From positions 20,708,001 through 20,772,000 of the forward strand of contig JBHGNT010000007.1 of the NCBI GenBank assembly GCA_043228905.1: 64,000 nt of DNA, given 5' to 3'. The stretch comes from Azolla caroliniana (taxonomy: Eukaryota > Plantae > Polypodiophyta). Positions within the stretch are counted from its first letter, which is position 1. Each line of letters begins with the position of its first letter. Of this stretch, positions 51,009 through 64,000 are shown piece after piece. The position numbers and the translations under genes were made by a program. The notes beneath the pieces were generated by a model. The model worked only from the letters and a program-made list of their open reading frames with translations. It searched no databases and was not told the origin of the DNA.

Positions 51009-53088
51009 GTTGCAAAAATTGATAGATGCATTTGTGTGGAATTGTTTTTTAACTACTATTCACATTTTTTGTTATTCTATGTTTTCACACGGAACACATT
51101 AAACCACTTTACCCCGTGGATTAATTTTGTAGATGCTAAATTCCAATGCTTTAACTTTTGGACAACTTTACCCTTCTTTGGTTAATTCATATTTGTGGCT
51201 TTGTCCACGACCTTTGATAAACATCCATTTTTAATTACTTGACCCATCACCTTAAATTTCATGCGAGCCTAAGATTTCGGATTACTTTGATATATTTAAC
51301 TCTACCCCCACCTCCCCACAAATCTCATCAATTTATAATTGTCAACATTTCACAAAAGACTACCATTTTTGGAGCAATTTCTTACCTTCTTTGATTCATT
51401 GAACACATTGTTTCTTGTCTCGCAAATGCGTTTTAGTGCGTTTTTATTAAAATCTTAAAATGACATGATATTCTTTTTAGTGTTTTGTATTTAAATATTT
51501 TTATATCGTTATGTTTATATCAAAACAAATAATTTAGTAGCTTTATGCTGAAAGCTAAAGTAAATCAAAAGAAAAGATTCCCATGCTTTCCATAATAGAA
51601 ACCGTTAAACTCACCAACATTACTTTCTTTACTCAAGTGTTCCTGAATCATGAATATTAAGGATTTTAGAGCATTAATAGATCAAAATTTTGTCCTTTAG
51701 TTAGACAACCAAGAAAATTTTATAATGTAAATATATTTTATTGTATTTGCCATTAGAACCTAGCAATTGGTATTTTATTTTAGTGCACGGGATTCATGAT
51801 CATCAATAATGGGGTCTTATTCAATAAATTTCCCAACTTTTTTCACTATTTACAATGCATTTTGACACTTAAAACCAATGTCTAATCCTTTCCCAACTTT
51901 TCCATGACTTAAGAGTGCCTTTGGCCCTTTTACGAGCAAGGCTTGAAGGCCTAGGCCATCATACATGTAAATCTTAGAGGGCATACCTATGCGATATTCT
52001 ACAATAACTTCTCCATTTCTTCTTTGTGGATTTCTCACGATCTCGTATGGTACTTTGCCACTTTTGCACTTGTTATGACTTCCAGTGGTACATCTAGACA
52101 TGTAGGGATCTACTTCGACTTCCCACTTACAACCCCTCAAGTAGCATGTCATCCACGATGGTTGTAGAAAGATTGTGCATAAATAATACAAATTTTATTC
52201 ATGTAATGCCACACAAAGCTCGGTAGACGAAACAAAAAGAAACATTTTCCCCATGAATTCAACCCAACAATAAAATTATTATGAACATGTATTTAATATG
52301 TTGATTTGATAACTAGGATTCAAGAGAAATATGCATTTTCATATAACCCTTTATATGAAGCCAAAGGAATCAACCTAATAACGTTGCTATAACACATATG
52401 TGCAAAAGTACCACAGATTAAGTCCTTGGTACTACAAAATGATCCCACATAAAAAGACTAACTAACAAAGAAAAGATTTACAGGAAGCAATCAAATGTTT
52501 TAATCATTATAGAAGCGATGAACCTACACGAAAGGAAATCGACCCAAGTACTCCACAAATGCAAACACGAAATGAATATGAAGATATGAAGAAAGAACAT
52601 AAAAGAGGTAGAGGAGCAGAGTGGCGCGAGTAGTAGAGCGGTGTGCCAGTCCCCGACGGAGGTTTGCGGTGTGAGCATCTCACCAGGAGGTTCGGCACAG
52701 CGGAGCAGCGGCGCAGGAGGCAGCGGAAACGGAGCCAGAGTAGGAGCCGTTTTGAACCGCGACAGTGCAGGGAGGAGGTCTGCAAATGTGGGAGTCCAGA
52801 AGCCTCCCACTGCTCATTTCGACACAAAAGCCTCTCCTCCCCGCCGCTGCTGCATTGCCCTCCTCGAGTTCGAGGAGTCGATCATTTAGGGTTTCCCCTC
52901 CCACACTTCGAGGAGTGGGACAAACATACCCCCCACCCACACTTCGAGTGGGACACACACTCCCCCCCTATTTCGAAAAGTGGGTCCCTCCCACCCCTAG
53001 TTCGACAAGTGAGAACCCACCAACCACAGTTCGAGTAGTTGGGCCCCCACTCCTAGTAGTTGGGCCCCCACTCCTGTAACCCCCCCCC

Positions 53089-53460
53089 CCCCCACCCCCC
53101 CCCCCCAAAAAAAAAGGAAAAAAAAAGAGACAAAGTTCAACTCTGTCACTCATGGCACCTTCAAACATCACCACTATCGAACACATAACACAAACAGGCC
53201 CCTCGATCGATAACGGAAAAATGCAAGATAAAAACATCTCTGATAGCGGGGGTCTTGTTGAGATTATTTTCAATCCCCTCCCCCCCGCCCCCCCAAAAAA
53301 AGGAAAAAAAAAGAGACACATTTCGACTCTGTCACTCATGGCACCTTCAAACATCACCACTATTGAACACATAACACAAACAGGCCCCTCGATCGATAAC
53401 GGAAAAATGCAAGATAAAAACATCTCTGATAGCGGGGGTCTTGTTGAGATTATTTTCAAT
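53089..53460 (+). repeat. 186-bp in-frame tandem duplication at the LINE ORF1 start
   Basis: ATGs at 53152 and 53338; MAPSNITT..EIIFN occurs twice. Confidence 0.95.
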
Positions 53461-55840
53461 AATGAAGAGATGCTTCTACTTGAGAAAGAGATAGAGCACC
53501 TTGAGCGAATAACGGTCATATGCCGCATGATGGGATCACGACCAAACAGAGGGTTGTTGCAAGATATGTTGCAAGCTAAATTTCATTCACAACTACGTGG
53601 TATAAAAGAAGTCCAATCGCTTGGTAAAGGATTCTATCAAATCATACTAGAAGACAAGGATTCTGCAATGAACCTCATAGCACTATCTCCCTGCCAGTTC
53701 CGAAATACATGGTTGTTCATGCGTAAATGGACACATGGTTTTAACCTAGAGAAAGTCACACAACAAGATGATTCCATGAAAAAGGTAACAATGTTGTTTC
53801 CTGGACTATCCTTAGAATACAACATGTTACTTCCTACTATCAGCAACTCCTTTGGTATGATGCTAGATGAGGAACTAACACTAGCAGATAGGCTAAAGAA
53901 GCACCTAGGCCCTCCCTCTATCCGCCTCTTGGTGCAGGACATCAATAAACTTCCCTCCAAGATCCTCATTCTCGGGGAAAACGGAATGCAAATTGAACAA
54001 CGCATAGAAGTGATTGGCGCACTGGGGCAATGTTTTGCATGCCCCACAAGATGTATTAAAGATCCTATAAAGGAGACTCTGGAAGTTCAGGATACCATAA
54101 GACATCAGAAGCCTCCCCCACCATGACCCGACAAGGCTGTGATGGAATGGCGAGTGGTGGAAAAAACCCATGTCCTTCGAAAAACATCATCGGCACAAAA
54201 TCCTCCATCGCTTATGAGCCCCAATCGATTTGATATACTACAAGAGCTCCCCCCCACAAACAAGCATTCCCCTAGTTCTTTCTTAAGCCCCAAGGAACGG
54301 CCTAAGGTGACACCAAGCACACAAGAGAAAGTTCTCGTTAAAGCTTACAAAACAGGGAAGCGAAGACGAATAAGTCATGTAAAGACCTTAATAAGGAGCT
54401 TGAGTGGAACGGCACCCAATGCAAAAGCAACAAACCAAGGCAGAAGTTTGAATGTCACACCTTAGATCATAGTCTTCCCGGACACAAATGAGTGTGCTTC
54501 CTCTAGCCAAGACCTTGAACCACACCCGCAAAACGCCTTGAAATGGCTAGGTATAGGGCTCAAGACAATGGAAAAAATAAGGGTACATGTATCAACGGTA
54601 CACAATAACGGAGTTCCGACGACCTCAATCTCCTTTCTAGTCTTGCTTCCGACAAAGGAAGATTTGTCGAAATCCAAGATTAAAGATACATTATGTAGCC
54701 AAGTAGTGTGCTTTGTAGCACAAATAAGAGATGAAGAGCTCATAAACGAACTAAAGCAACATTGGCATAACACTAAATTCTAGTGCACCATGGATGAAGA
54801 GGAACCTCATCTTTGCCACATCCACCTGCAGACTATCATAGACACCCAACTAACTCCAAGCTTTTTGGAGAAAGGGAAGGAGCACCTGGTATGCCGGTTG
54901 AAGAAGAGCCTGTACGGACTGAAGCAGGCTCCCGACAATGGTACCGGAAGTTTGACTCCTTCATGACCGATCAAGGGTACCACAAGACGCAGGCCGATCA
55001 CTGTGTGTTTGTGAAGAAGTTCGGAGGAGGCGACTTCCTGATACGCCTTCTGTACATGGACGACATGTTGATCGTCGGACGGGACCAAGTCAAAATACGG
55101 ATGCTGAAGAAGGCTCTCAACCGGACCTTCTCAATGAAAGACTTGGGTCCAGCAAGACAGATGTTGGGGATGCATATCATCCAGAACCGGCCATCGAAGC
55201 AATTATGGCTGTCACAGGAGAAGTATGTGACAAAGGTGCTTCAGTGGTTCAACATGTTGGAAGCGAAACCGGTCGGATCGACACTCCCGGCAAACTGTAG
55301 ATTATCCGGTAAGCAAAGCCCGAAGACGAAAGCAGAGAAGGCTGATATGATGAAGGTTCCATATGCCTCTACCATCGGGAGCTTAATGTACGCAATGGTG
55401 TGTACCCGACCGGATATAGGATATGCAGTCGGAGTGGTGAGCCGATTTATGAGCAATCCCGGCAAGGAACACTGGAATGCAGTCAAATGGATACTTTGGT
55501 ACTTGAAGGGCACTTCAAATATGTGTCTATGATTCGGCTCCGGAAAACCTCAACTTGACGGTTTTACCGATTCGGACATGTCGGCTGATGTGGATACCAG
55601 CCGGTCTACATCTGGGTATGTAATGACATATGCAGGGGGAGCTGTTTCGTGGCAGTCGAGGCTGCAGAAGACGGTTGCGTTGTCAACCACGGAGGCGGAG
55701 TACATGGCGGCTGTGGAAGCCGGCAAGGAAATATTATGGATGAAGGACTTCATCGGAGAGCTCGATATCAGGCAAGATGAATACCGGCTCTACTGCGACA
55801 GTCAAAGTGCCATCCACCTTGCTAAGAATACGGCCTACCA

Positions 55841-56262
55841 TGTTGGGAGATAGGTCCCTCCGGATGGGAAGGGAGAAGAAACCGTATGAGGAGGACCCAG
55901 CTACGGAGAGCCGGATGGTGCAGACCCGGTATGAACCGGATGAGGAGTACCCGGCTATGGAGAGCCGGATGGTGCAGACCCGATATGAACCGGATGAGGA
56001 GTACCCGGCTACGGAGAGCCGGATGGTGCAGACCCGGTATGAACCGGATGAGGAGTACCCGGCTATGGAGAGCCGGATGGTACAGACCCGGTGAGAACCG
56101 GATGAAGAGACATATTCGTAAATATGTTTCTGAGAGTCCATCGAGGCTATATTTGTAAATAGCCGAAAAGTCATATTAGTATAAATATGACTTAGGGCAA
56201 ACTTTTAGTAACTGTTGTTGTTATTATTTCTTGTCTACGTGAGATCAGAGCGCGGAACAGTG

Positions 56263-56307
<45 letters not shown>

Positions 56308-59300
56308 GTTGTTGCCTCTGTTGTAACTGCCGCCTGTGGCGAAGATCGTGAGCACGAGGTTGTTGCCTCCGTGAACTCACTGTTTGTACATTCCAACATA
56401 GTGATAGTTTGCAGCCTGTGGGCTACCGTGGTTTTTCCCTTAGGTTGGGTTTTCCACGTAAACATCTTGTCTACCTTTTCTCTCCTTTGTATCGTGCATT
56501 TGTTTCCCGTTTTCTGTGTATGATTCTAAGCTCGGTTGTGGCCGAGCGGTGCGCATCAGGAACGTACAGTTCTCGTCAATTGGTATCAGAGCGAAACAAC
56601 ACAGAAAAATGGATGAATCGTTTGGCGGCATGTTCAAGCTCATCGTCTCCAACTATTCGGTATGGAAGTCGAAGATGAGGGACATGCTCGTGGTTAAAGA
56701 CCTCTGGCTGCCGGTTCAGTTCGGAGACAAGAGACCGGACAAAATCGACGCCGCGATATGGGAGGTGATGCACATGAAGACAACGGCGTACATACGGTGC
56801 TTCATCGACATGAGCCTGTACAACAACTTCAATGAAGAGAGGAAGGCTCATGAGCTCTGGGAAAAGATCGGCGTAATGTTTCAGAACAAAAATGTTGTTA
56901 ATCAGGTGTCGGTATTCCGGAAGCTAGTAAGACTCCGGTACCAAGATGGCTCCAGCATGGCGGAGCACATGAATGCCTTCCAGGGGCTGATCCACCAGGC
57001 AACTTCATTGGAAGTACCTCTCGCCGATGAGGTACTTGCACTACTCCTGCTCGGTTCCCTCCCGGACAGCTGGGAGACGTTGGTTGTCACTTTGGGCAAC
57101 GCCGGGCTGGAAGGAAAGCGGTTATCCCTAGCAAGAGTAAAGTGGAGCTTGCTAGATGAGGAGGCGCGTCAGAAAGATAAAGATACGAGCTCCGACTCCA
57201 AAGCGCTCCTTACCGAATCGGAACGCGGAAGACATAGAAACCGTAGTCCCCAGAACCGGGAGAAGTCGGGGACACGGTCAAAGTCAAGGGGGAGGCCCAC
57301 TTGCTTCTATTGCGGCAAGCCGAGACACTTCCAAAAGAACTGTCGACATTTCCGAAAAGATAAGGAGACCGACGGTACCGATTCGAAGCAGACCCTGGAC
57401 CGGAACGGTAAAGACCGGAGGGGGCCTAACTGGAAGGGAACAACAGCAATCGCGGCAAGTGAAGAGGAGTTGATGCTCATCACCGAGGAATGTGAGATAA
57501 ACCTTGCCGGCGACGAGATGACCTGGGTTGTAGACTCCGGAGCGTCGTTCCACCTTACCCTGGACCGGAAATGCTTCTCATCCTACTCAGCCGGTGATCA
57601 CGGCTGTGTCCGGATGGGGAATGAAGGGACATGCCGAATTGTCGGCATAGGAGACGTGTGGCTGTCGACACCAACCGGATGCAAGTTGTTGCTGAAGGAT
57701 GTTCGACACGTTCCGGAGGTTCGACTGAACCTGATATCAGCCGGTCGGCTAGATGATGAGGGCTACACGGGTAGCATCCGGAACGGTGTCATGAAGTTCA
57801 GCAAAGGGAGCCTGATTGTGGCTCAGGCCCGGAAGGTCAACACTCTGTACCTGATGAATGCCCGGTTATGTCCGGAAGAAGTGAACGTGGCATCCGACAC
57901 TGCCGGTGAGCTGTGGCACAAGAGACTGTGTCATATGAGCGAGAAGGGGATGAAGAGGCTTGCAGACGACAACCTCATTCCAGTGAAGAACGTGCACTTA
58001 GAGAAGTGCACTGATTGTCTGGCCGGTAAGCAGAACCGGACCTCCTTCTGACCAAGGCCACCAATGAGACGTAATGCACCACTAGAGTTGGTGCATACGG
58101 ATGTGTGTCAAGTAGATACGAAGTCACATGCCGGAGCGTAGTACTTCGTGACGTTCATAGATGACCACAGCCGGAAGCTGTGGGCCACACCGCTGAAGAC
58201 GAAGGATTAGGTGCTATCTGTCTTCAAAGAGCTCCACGCAAGAGTGGAAAGAGAAACCGGCCGGAAGCTGAAGGCGGTTCGAGCAGATAACGGAGGAGAA
58301 TACCGGGGGCAGTTCGAGGAGTACTACCGCTCGAAGGGAATCCGGCTCGAATTTACCGTGCCGAAGACGCCGGAACTAAACGGACTGGCCGAGAGGATGA
58401 ACCGGACCATAATGGAGAGGGTCCGGAGTATGCTAGCGCATGCAAAACTACCCAAGAAGTTTTGGGCTGAAGCATTGTCGACGACGACATATGTGATAAA
58501 TAGATCACCCTCAGTACCCTTGGACGGAGACATGCCACAGAGAGTGTGGACCGGTAAGGAAGTATCCTACTGGCATTTGAAGGTGTTCGGGTGTCTCGCG
58601 TACGTGCATGTAGCTAAGGACCGGAGAGGAAAGTTAGATCCAAAGACCCAGCCATGCATATTCCTCGGTTATGGTGACAATGACTTCGGCTACCGAGTGT
58701 GGGACCTGGTCGACAAGAAGGTATTTCGGAGTCGAGATATTATCTTCATGGAGAACAAGACGCTCGCCGACTGGGAGTCGGAGAAGAAGATAATGAACTC
58801 TGAGTTGACCGGTAAGGATCGACTCTACGATGAGCAGACCCAACCGGCAAGAGACCGGTTAGCACTCGAGGGACCAACCGGTTACGGTGAGGATACCGAA
58901 CAGGCTGAAGAAGAAGTACAGGAAGCTGAAACCAGAACCGGCCAAGACCCCGAATCGGATTCGGATGAAGAGCAAGTGGAGGAGCCAGTTACCGAAGCCC
59001 GAAGACGGAGATATCCTCTCAGAGAGAGAAGGCCCCCCCGGAGATTTCCGGATGCAGAGCATGTTCTGCTGACCAATGAGGGGGAGCCGAAAAGCTTCGA
59101 AGAAGCCAAGGAAGACACCCACAGCTGCAAATGGTTAAGTGCCATGCAGGATGAGATGGATTCCCTGCATGAGAACCATACGTACGAATTGGTGGAGTTG
59201 CCGAAAGGAAAGCGGGCACTCCGAAACAAGTGGGTGTACAAGTTGAAACCGGGAGATGCCAGAAACCCTCCGAGATACAAAGCCAGGATCGTGGTGAAGG

Positions 59301-61367
59301 GGTTCCAGCAGAAGAAGGGCGTGGACTTTGACGAGATATTTGCCCTGGTAGTAAAGATGACCTCCATCCGGAAGGTGCTGAGTATAGTGGCAAGCATGGA
59401 CCTCGAGGTAGAACAACTGGATGTGAAGACGACATTCCTTCACGGCGACCTCGAAGAGGAGATCTACATGCAGCAACCGGAAGGATTCGTGGAGAAAGGG
59501 AAGGAGCACCTGGTATGCCGGTTGAAGAAGAGCCTGTATGGGTTGAAGCAGACCCCCCAGTTCGACTCTTTCATGACCGATCAAGGGTACCACAAGACGC
59601 AGGCCGATCACTGCGTGTTTGTGAAGAAGTTCGAAAGAGGCGACTTCCTGATACTCCTTCTGTACGTGGACGACATGTTGATCGTTGGACGAGACCAAGT
59701 CAAAATACGAATGCTGAAGAAGGCTCTCAACCGGACCTTCTCAATGAAAGACTTGGCTCCGGCAAGATAGATGCTGGGGATGCACATCATTCGGGACCGG
59801 TCAGCGAAGAAATTATGGCTGTCACAGGAGATGTACGTGACAAAGGTGCTTCACCGATTCAACATGTCAGATGCGAAACCGGTCGGATCGACACTTCCGG
59901 CAAACTGCAAGCTATCCGGTAAGCAAAGCCCGAAGACGAAAGCAGAGAAGGCGGATATGATGAAGATTCCATATGCCTCTGCTGTCGGGAGCTTGATGTA
60001 CGCAATGGTTTGTACCCGACCAGATATAGGATACGCAGTCGGAGTGGTGAGCCGGTTTATGAGCAATCCCGGCAAGGAGCACTGGAACGCGGTCAAATGG
60101 ATACTCCGGTATTTGAAGGGCACTTCAAATATGTGTCTCCGATTCGGCTCTGGAAAACCTCAACTTGTCGGTTTCACCAATTCGGACATGTCGGCTGATG
60201 TGGATACCAGCCGGTCTACATCCGGGTATGTAATGACATATGCAGGGGGAGTTGTTTCGTGGCAGTCGAGGCTGCAGAAGACGGTTGCATTGTCAACCAC
60301 GGAAGCGGAGTACATGGAGGTTGTGGAAGCCGGCAAGGAAATATTATGGATGAAGGACTTCATCGGAGAGCTCAGTATCCGGCAAGAGGAATACCGACTC
60401 TATTGCGACAGTCAAAGTGTCATCCACCTTGCTAAGAATGCGGCCTACCATTCCCGGACGAAGCATATCCAGCGGAGGTATCACTGGATCCGGGAAAGAG
60501 TAGATGGCCAGGAGTTCGCACTGACGAAGATCTACACGGCCGAGAACGGGTTAGATATGCTGACCAAAGTGCTGACACCCGACAAGCTGGACGCATGCCG
60601 GAAGAGGATCGGACTGGGAAGACACCCCATGCCGGAGTGAAGGGGGAGTTTGTTGGGCGACAGGTCCCTCCGAATGGGAAGGGAGAAGAAACCGTATGAG
60701 GAGGACCCGACTACGGAGAGCCGGATGGTGCAGACCCGGTATGAACCGGATGAGGAGTACCCGGCTACGGAGAGCCAGATGGTGTAGACCCGGTATGAAC
60801 CGGATGAGGAGTACCCGGCTACGGAGAGCCGGATGGTGCAGACCCGGTATGAACCGGATGAGGAGTACCCAGCTATGGAGAGCCGGATGGTACAGACCCG
60901 GTGAGAACCGGATGAAGAGACATATTCGTAAATATGTTTCTGAGAGTCCATCGAGGCTATATTTGTAAATAGCCGAAAAGTCATATTAGTATAAATATGA
61001 CTTAGGGCAAACTTTTAGTAACTGTTGTTGTTATTATTTCTTGTCTGCGTGAGATCAGAGCGCGTAACAGTGTACAGAGAGAGAGAGAGAGAAAGAGGTT
61101 GTTGCCTCTGTTGTAACCGTCGCCTGTGGTGAAGATCGTGAGCACGAGGTCGTTGCCTCCATGAACTCACTGTTTGTACATTCCAACATAGTGATAGTTT
61201 GCAGCCTGTGGGCTGCCGTGGTTTTTCCCTTAGTTGGGTTTTCCACGTAAACATCTTGTCTACCTTTTCTCTCCTTTGTGTCGTGCATTTGTTTCCCGTT
61301 TTCTGTGTATGATTCTAAGCTCGGTTGTGGCCGAGCGGTGCGCATAAGGAATGTACAGTTCTCGTCA
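55841..61367 (+). mobile_element. Ty1/copia family B element 10, full length
   Basis: LTRs 55841-56578 and 60651-61367. TSD TACCA at 55836-55840 and 61368-61372. PBS 56581-56592; PPT 60636-60650. Confidence 0.97.
56609..60640 (+). pseudogene. Copia gag-pol in a single frame with 4 nonsense codons
   Basis: ORFs 56516, 58211 and 59771 share one frame. Stops at 58049, 58139, 58208 and 59768. WVVDSGAS, YVDD and NSDMS motifs. Confidence 0.95.
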
Positions 61368-64000
61368 TACCATTCCTGGACGAAGCATATCCAGCGAAGG
61401 TATCACTGGATCCGGGAAAGAGTAGATGACCAGGAGTTCGCGCTGACAAAGATCCACACAGCCGAGAACGGGTCAGATATGTTGACCAAAGTACTGATAC
61501 CCGACAAGCTGGATGCATGCTGGAAGCGGATCGGACTAGTAAGACATCCCATGCCGGAGTGAAGGGGGAGTTTGTTAGGAAACAGGTCCCTCCGGATGGG
61601 AAGTGAGAAGAACAGTGCTGATGAGAAACTCGGCCGAGGCCGAAACCGGATGAGGAATACCCAGCAACGGAAGACCCGGTGAGAACTGGATGACGAGTAC
61701 CCAGCTACGGAGAGCCAGATGTTGCAAACCCAGTGAGGAGTGCTGACCGGATGAAGAGACATATTCGTAAATATATTTCTGAGAGTCCATCGTGGCTATA
61801 TTTGTAAATAGCCAAAAAGTCATATTAGTATAAATATGACTTAGGGCAAACTTTTTGTAAGATGGTGCGAGATAGTTGTCATTCTTGTTGGCGCAAGATT
61901 AGAGCGTGCAACTGTGTACAGAGAGAGAGAGAGAGAAAGAAAGAGACGAAGAGTTCGTATCTCTGTTGTAACCGCCGCCTGTGGCGACGATAGCAAGCTC
62001 GAGGTCGTTGCCTCGGTGCTCCACTATTGTACATTCTGATATAGTGATAGTTTGCAGTGTGTGGGCTGCCGTGGTTTTTCCCTAGTTTGGGTTTTCCACG
62101 CTAACATCCTGGAGTACTCCTCTCTCCTTTGTGTCGTGCTTTCATTTCCCGTATTCTGTGTATGATTCTAAGCTCGGTTGTGGCCGAGTGTTGCGCATAG
62201 GGAGCGTGCAGTTCCTGTCACTTTTTCTATTTCTATGAGAAGCATGAAGGGGCGATTGAAGCTCATAGGATAGCCTAGAAACTCCACTCATGGATGTGGA
62301 CCACTATTCCATCGTTGGAAATGACTGGATGTCTAAATGGTGAGTGCTCCTCACTCACGACCTGTTGTACAAAGCACCAGGAACAACTGGCAATCTCCCA
62401 CCCCATTCCATGAGTATAAAGATTATAACATGGAACGTGCAAGGACTCAGAACTAGACTAGACCATCAAAATAGATGGAGACTAAGAAGGGATCTTGAAG
62501 AATATTTACTAGGGAGTGGTGCTGACATCATCATGTTGCAGGAACATCACCTCGATAGCACACAGTTAAAGGAAGTCGGAGACCTTATACCAAGATCATG
62601 GCGAACAATTTGGGAGCCAACAATTGGGGAGGATAGAAATCATGGTGGTATTTGCACTTTGATTCGGGAACATCTAGCCCAAGGCTTAATACACCAAGAA
62701 TCACTTATACCTGGTAGGGCACATTTTTGCACATTGGCCATCCAAGGGCAACGATGGAACTTCATGAATGTTTATGCTCCAAATAGCAGAACAGAAAGGG
62801 CAACTTTCTAGGACCGCATCCGCCTACAAGTAGCGGGTGCGGACGCGTGGTGCATTGGAGGGGATTTTAATATGATCGAATCCATTCATGATAGCTCCAA
62901 CAACAACCCCATAGTTTTACAAGGAAGGGAATGTAAAAAATGGGAGAAGCTATGTGTCCACCTTAACCTGCGAAACATCTGGCATTCTGCCAACTTCCAA
63001 CGAAAAAGGGATTCTCTCTTATTCTCCAGATCAGACGAGCGGAATAGTGGACCCACCCTATCTTGCATTGACCGCATTTATGTGGAGGAGGATCTAGAAG
63101 CGAAGGGAGGGTGGTGTCGCATAACTCCAGGCACGACTTTCTTTGACCATTACCCGGTAGCTGGTCATTTTCAATTGCACCGAAAATGGGGCCCATTCCA
63201 GACTCGCATCCCACACACTATTTACACACATATAGACGTGAAGGACCAACTATCCAACCAATGGTCATTACCCGTCAATGGCTCATTAGCATCAGACAAA
63301 CTTTTAGCTAAATTAACAAGAGCTTCTACTCTCCTACATGAGATTGTCAAGACTAGAAGCAAGGATGCTTAGGAGAAGTGACAGAGGACAAAACGGGGAC
63401 TAATAGCCTTACAACGACTCCAACAAAGATACTCGTCGTGTATTTGGATCACAGGACAAGTCGTCGCGGCCAAACATGAACTTAGCATGGCGGAAAAGGA
63501 AATATATGACATGGAGTTTCATGGAAGCATGGCGTGATGGATTCGAGTAGGGGACAAAACCACAAAGGAATTCTTCCGCTCCAAAGGCCCGAGGCATGCT
63601 AGAACTGTGATGCACAACCTCAACCGAGAGGATGGAATGATCATTGAGGATGGCGAAGAAATGAGGAATATTTCCACAAGTTATTATAGCCGCCTACTTA
63701 CCGAAGACATTATAGCTACAGGGGAAGATATAAGAGAAGATATTATCCTCCAAAGCATGCCCGAGAAAGTCACGCCGGAAATGAATACATGGCTCGTGCG
63801 TCCCCTGTCAATCATCGAGATATGGGAGACCCTCACTGATTTAGATGTTGATCGTTGCCCCGGAATCGACGGTCTCACCCTGCACTTTTTCACATGCCTT
63901 TGGGGCACTATTAAAGAAGACCTCCTCCAGGCATATGAGGAGATCATCACCTCTAGAAGCATGCCAGAGGAATTTGGACAGGGGATGATACATCTCATTC

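Larger units (their letters stand above)
54866..62220 (+). mobile_element. Ty1/copia family B element 9 (5' LTR to mid-RT deleted)
   Basis: TSD CTTTT at 54861-54865 and 62221-62225. Begins TG then jumps to RT. RH split by element 10; PPT and 3' LTR 61573-62220. Confidence 0.85.
52900..64000 (+). mobile_element. L1-clade LINE (decayed), interrupted by copia elements 9 and 10; runs off the window
   Basis: ORF1-like 53152-54126 (LGKGFY..LFMRKW, GQCFAC). ORF2 from 62410: APE ITWNVQGL, MLQEHH, NVYAPN, GGDFN, IDRIY, DHYPV; RT start CPGIDGL. 5' end approximate. Confidence 0.88.

Noticed and set aside
51850-52191. 113-aa ORF upstream of the LTP gene
   Set aside because: Non-ATG start and no recognisable family; needs a database search.

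Overview
Land-plant nuclear, transposon-dense DNA; the host is probably a vascular non-flowering plant (inference from the type-1 LTP and the TE lineages). Most of the window is nested mobile elements. There are two Ty1/copia families (A: 6100-19050, 13259-18835, 43754-47223; B, Tnt1/Tork-like: 20659-25300, 29670-43718, 54866-62220, 55841-61367). A non-chromovirus Ty3/gypsy family (32684-39650, 40659-43159) has a putative gag-only partner (26419-29369, 47224-48432). There are two LINE clades (1-1388; 52900-64000), two hAT non-autonomous elements (7627-10090, 25689-26253) and a decayed Sola-like DDD transposase (3176-5864) preceded by a nested palindrome array. Host-derived sequence comprises one intact type-1 lipid transfer protein gene (50062-50932, minus), a psbA plastid insertion (48433-48590) and ARL8 exons captured inside the hAT element. 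The most notable signals are in the gypsy family: a clean -1 ribosomal frameshift cassette (G-GAU-UUU plus pseudoknot) after the protease, a tRNA-Trp PBS, and 4-bp TSDs centred on CG. Also notable are the Pack-type hAT carrying ARL8 exons and the palindrome array beside the Sola-like transposase. All counts and divergences were made by eye; family names come from motif recall, not database searches.
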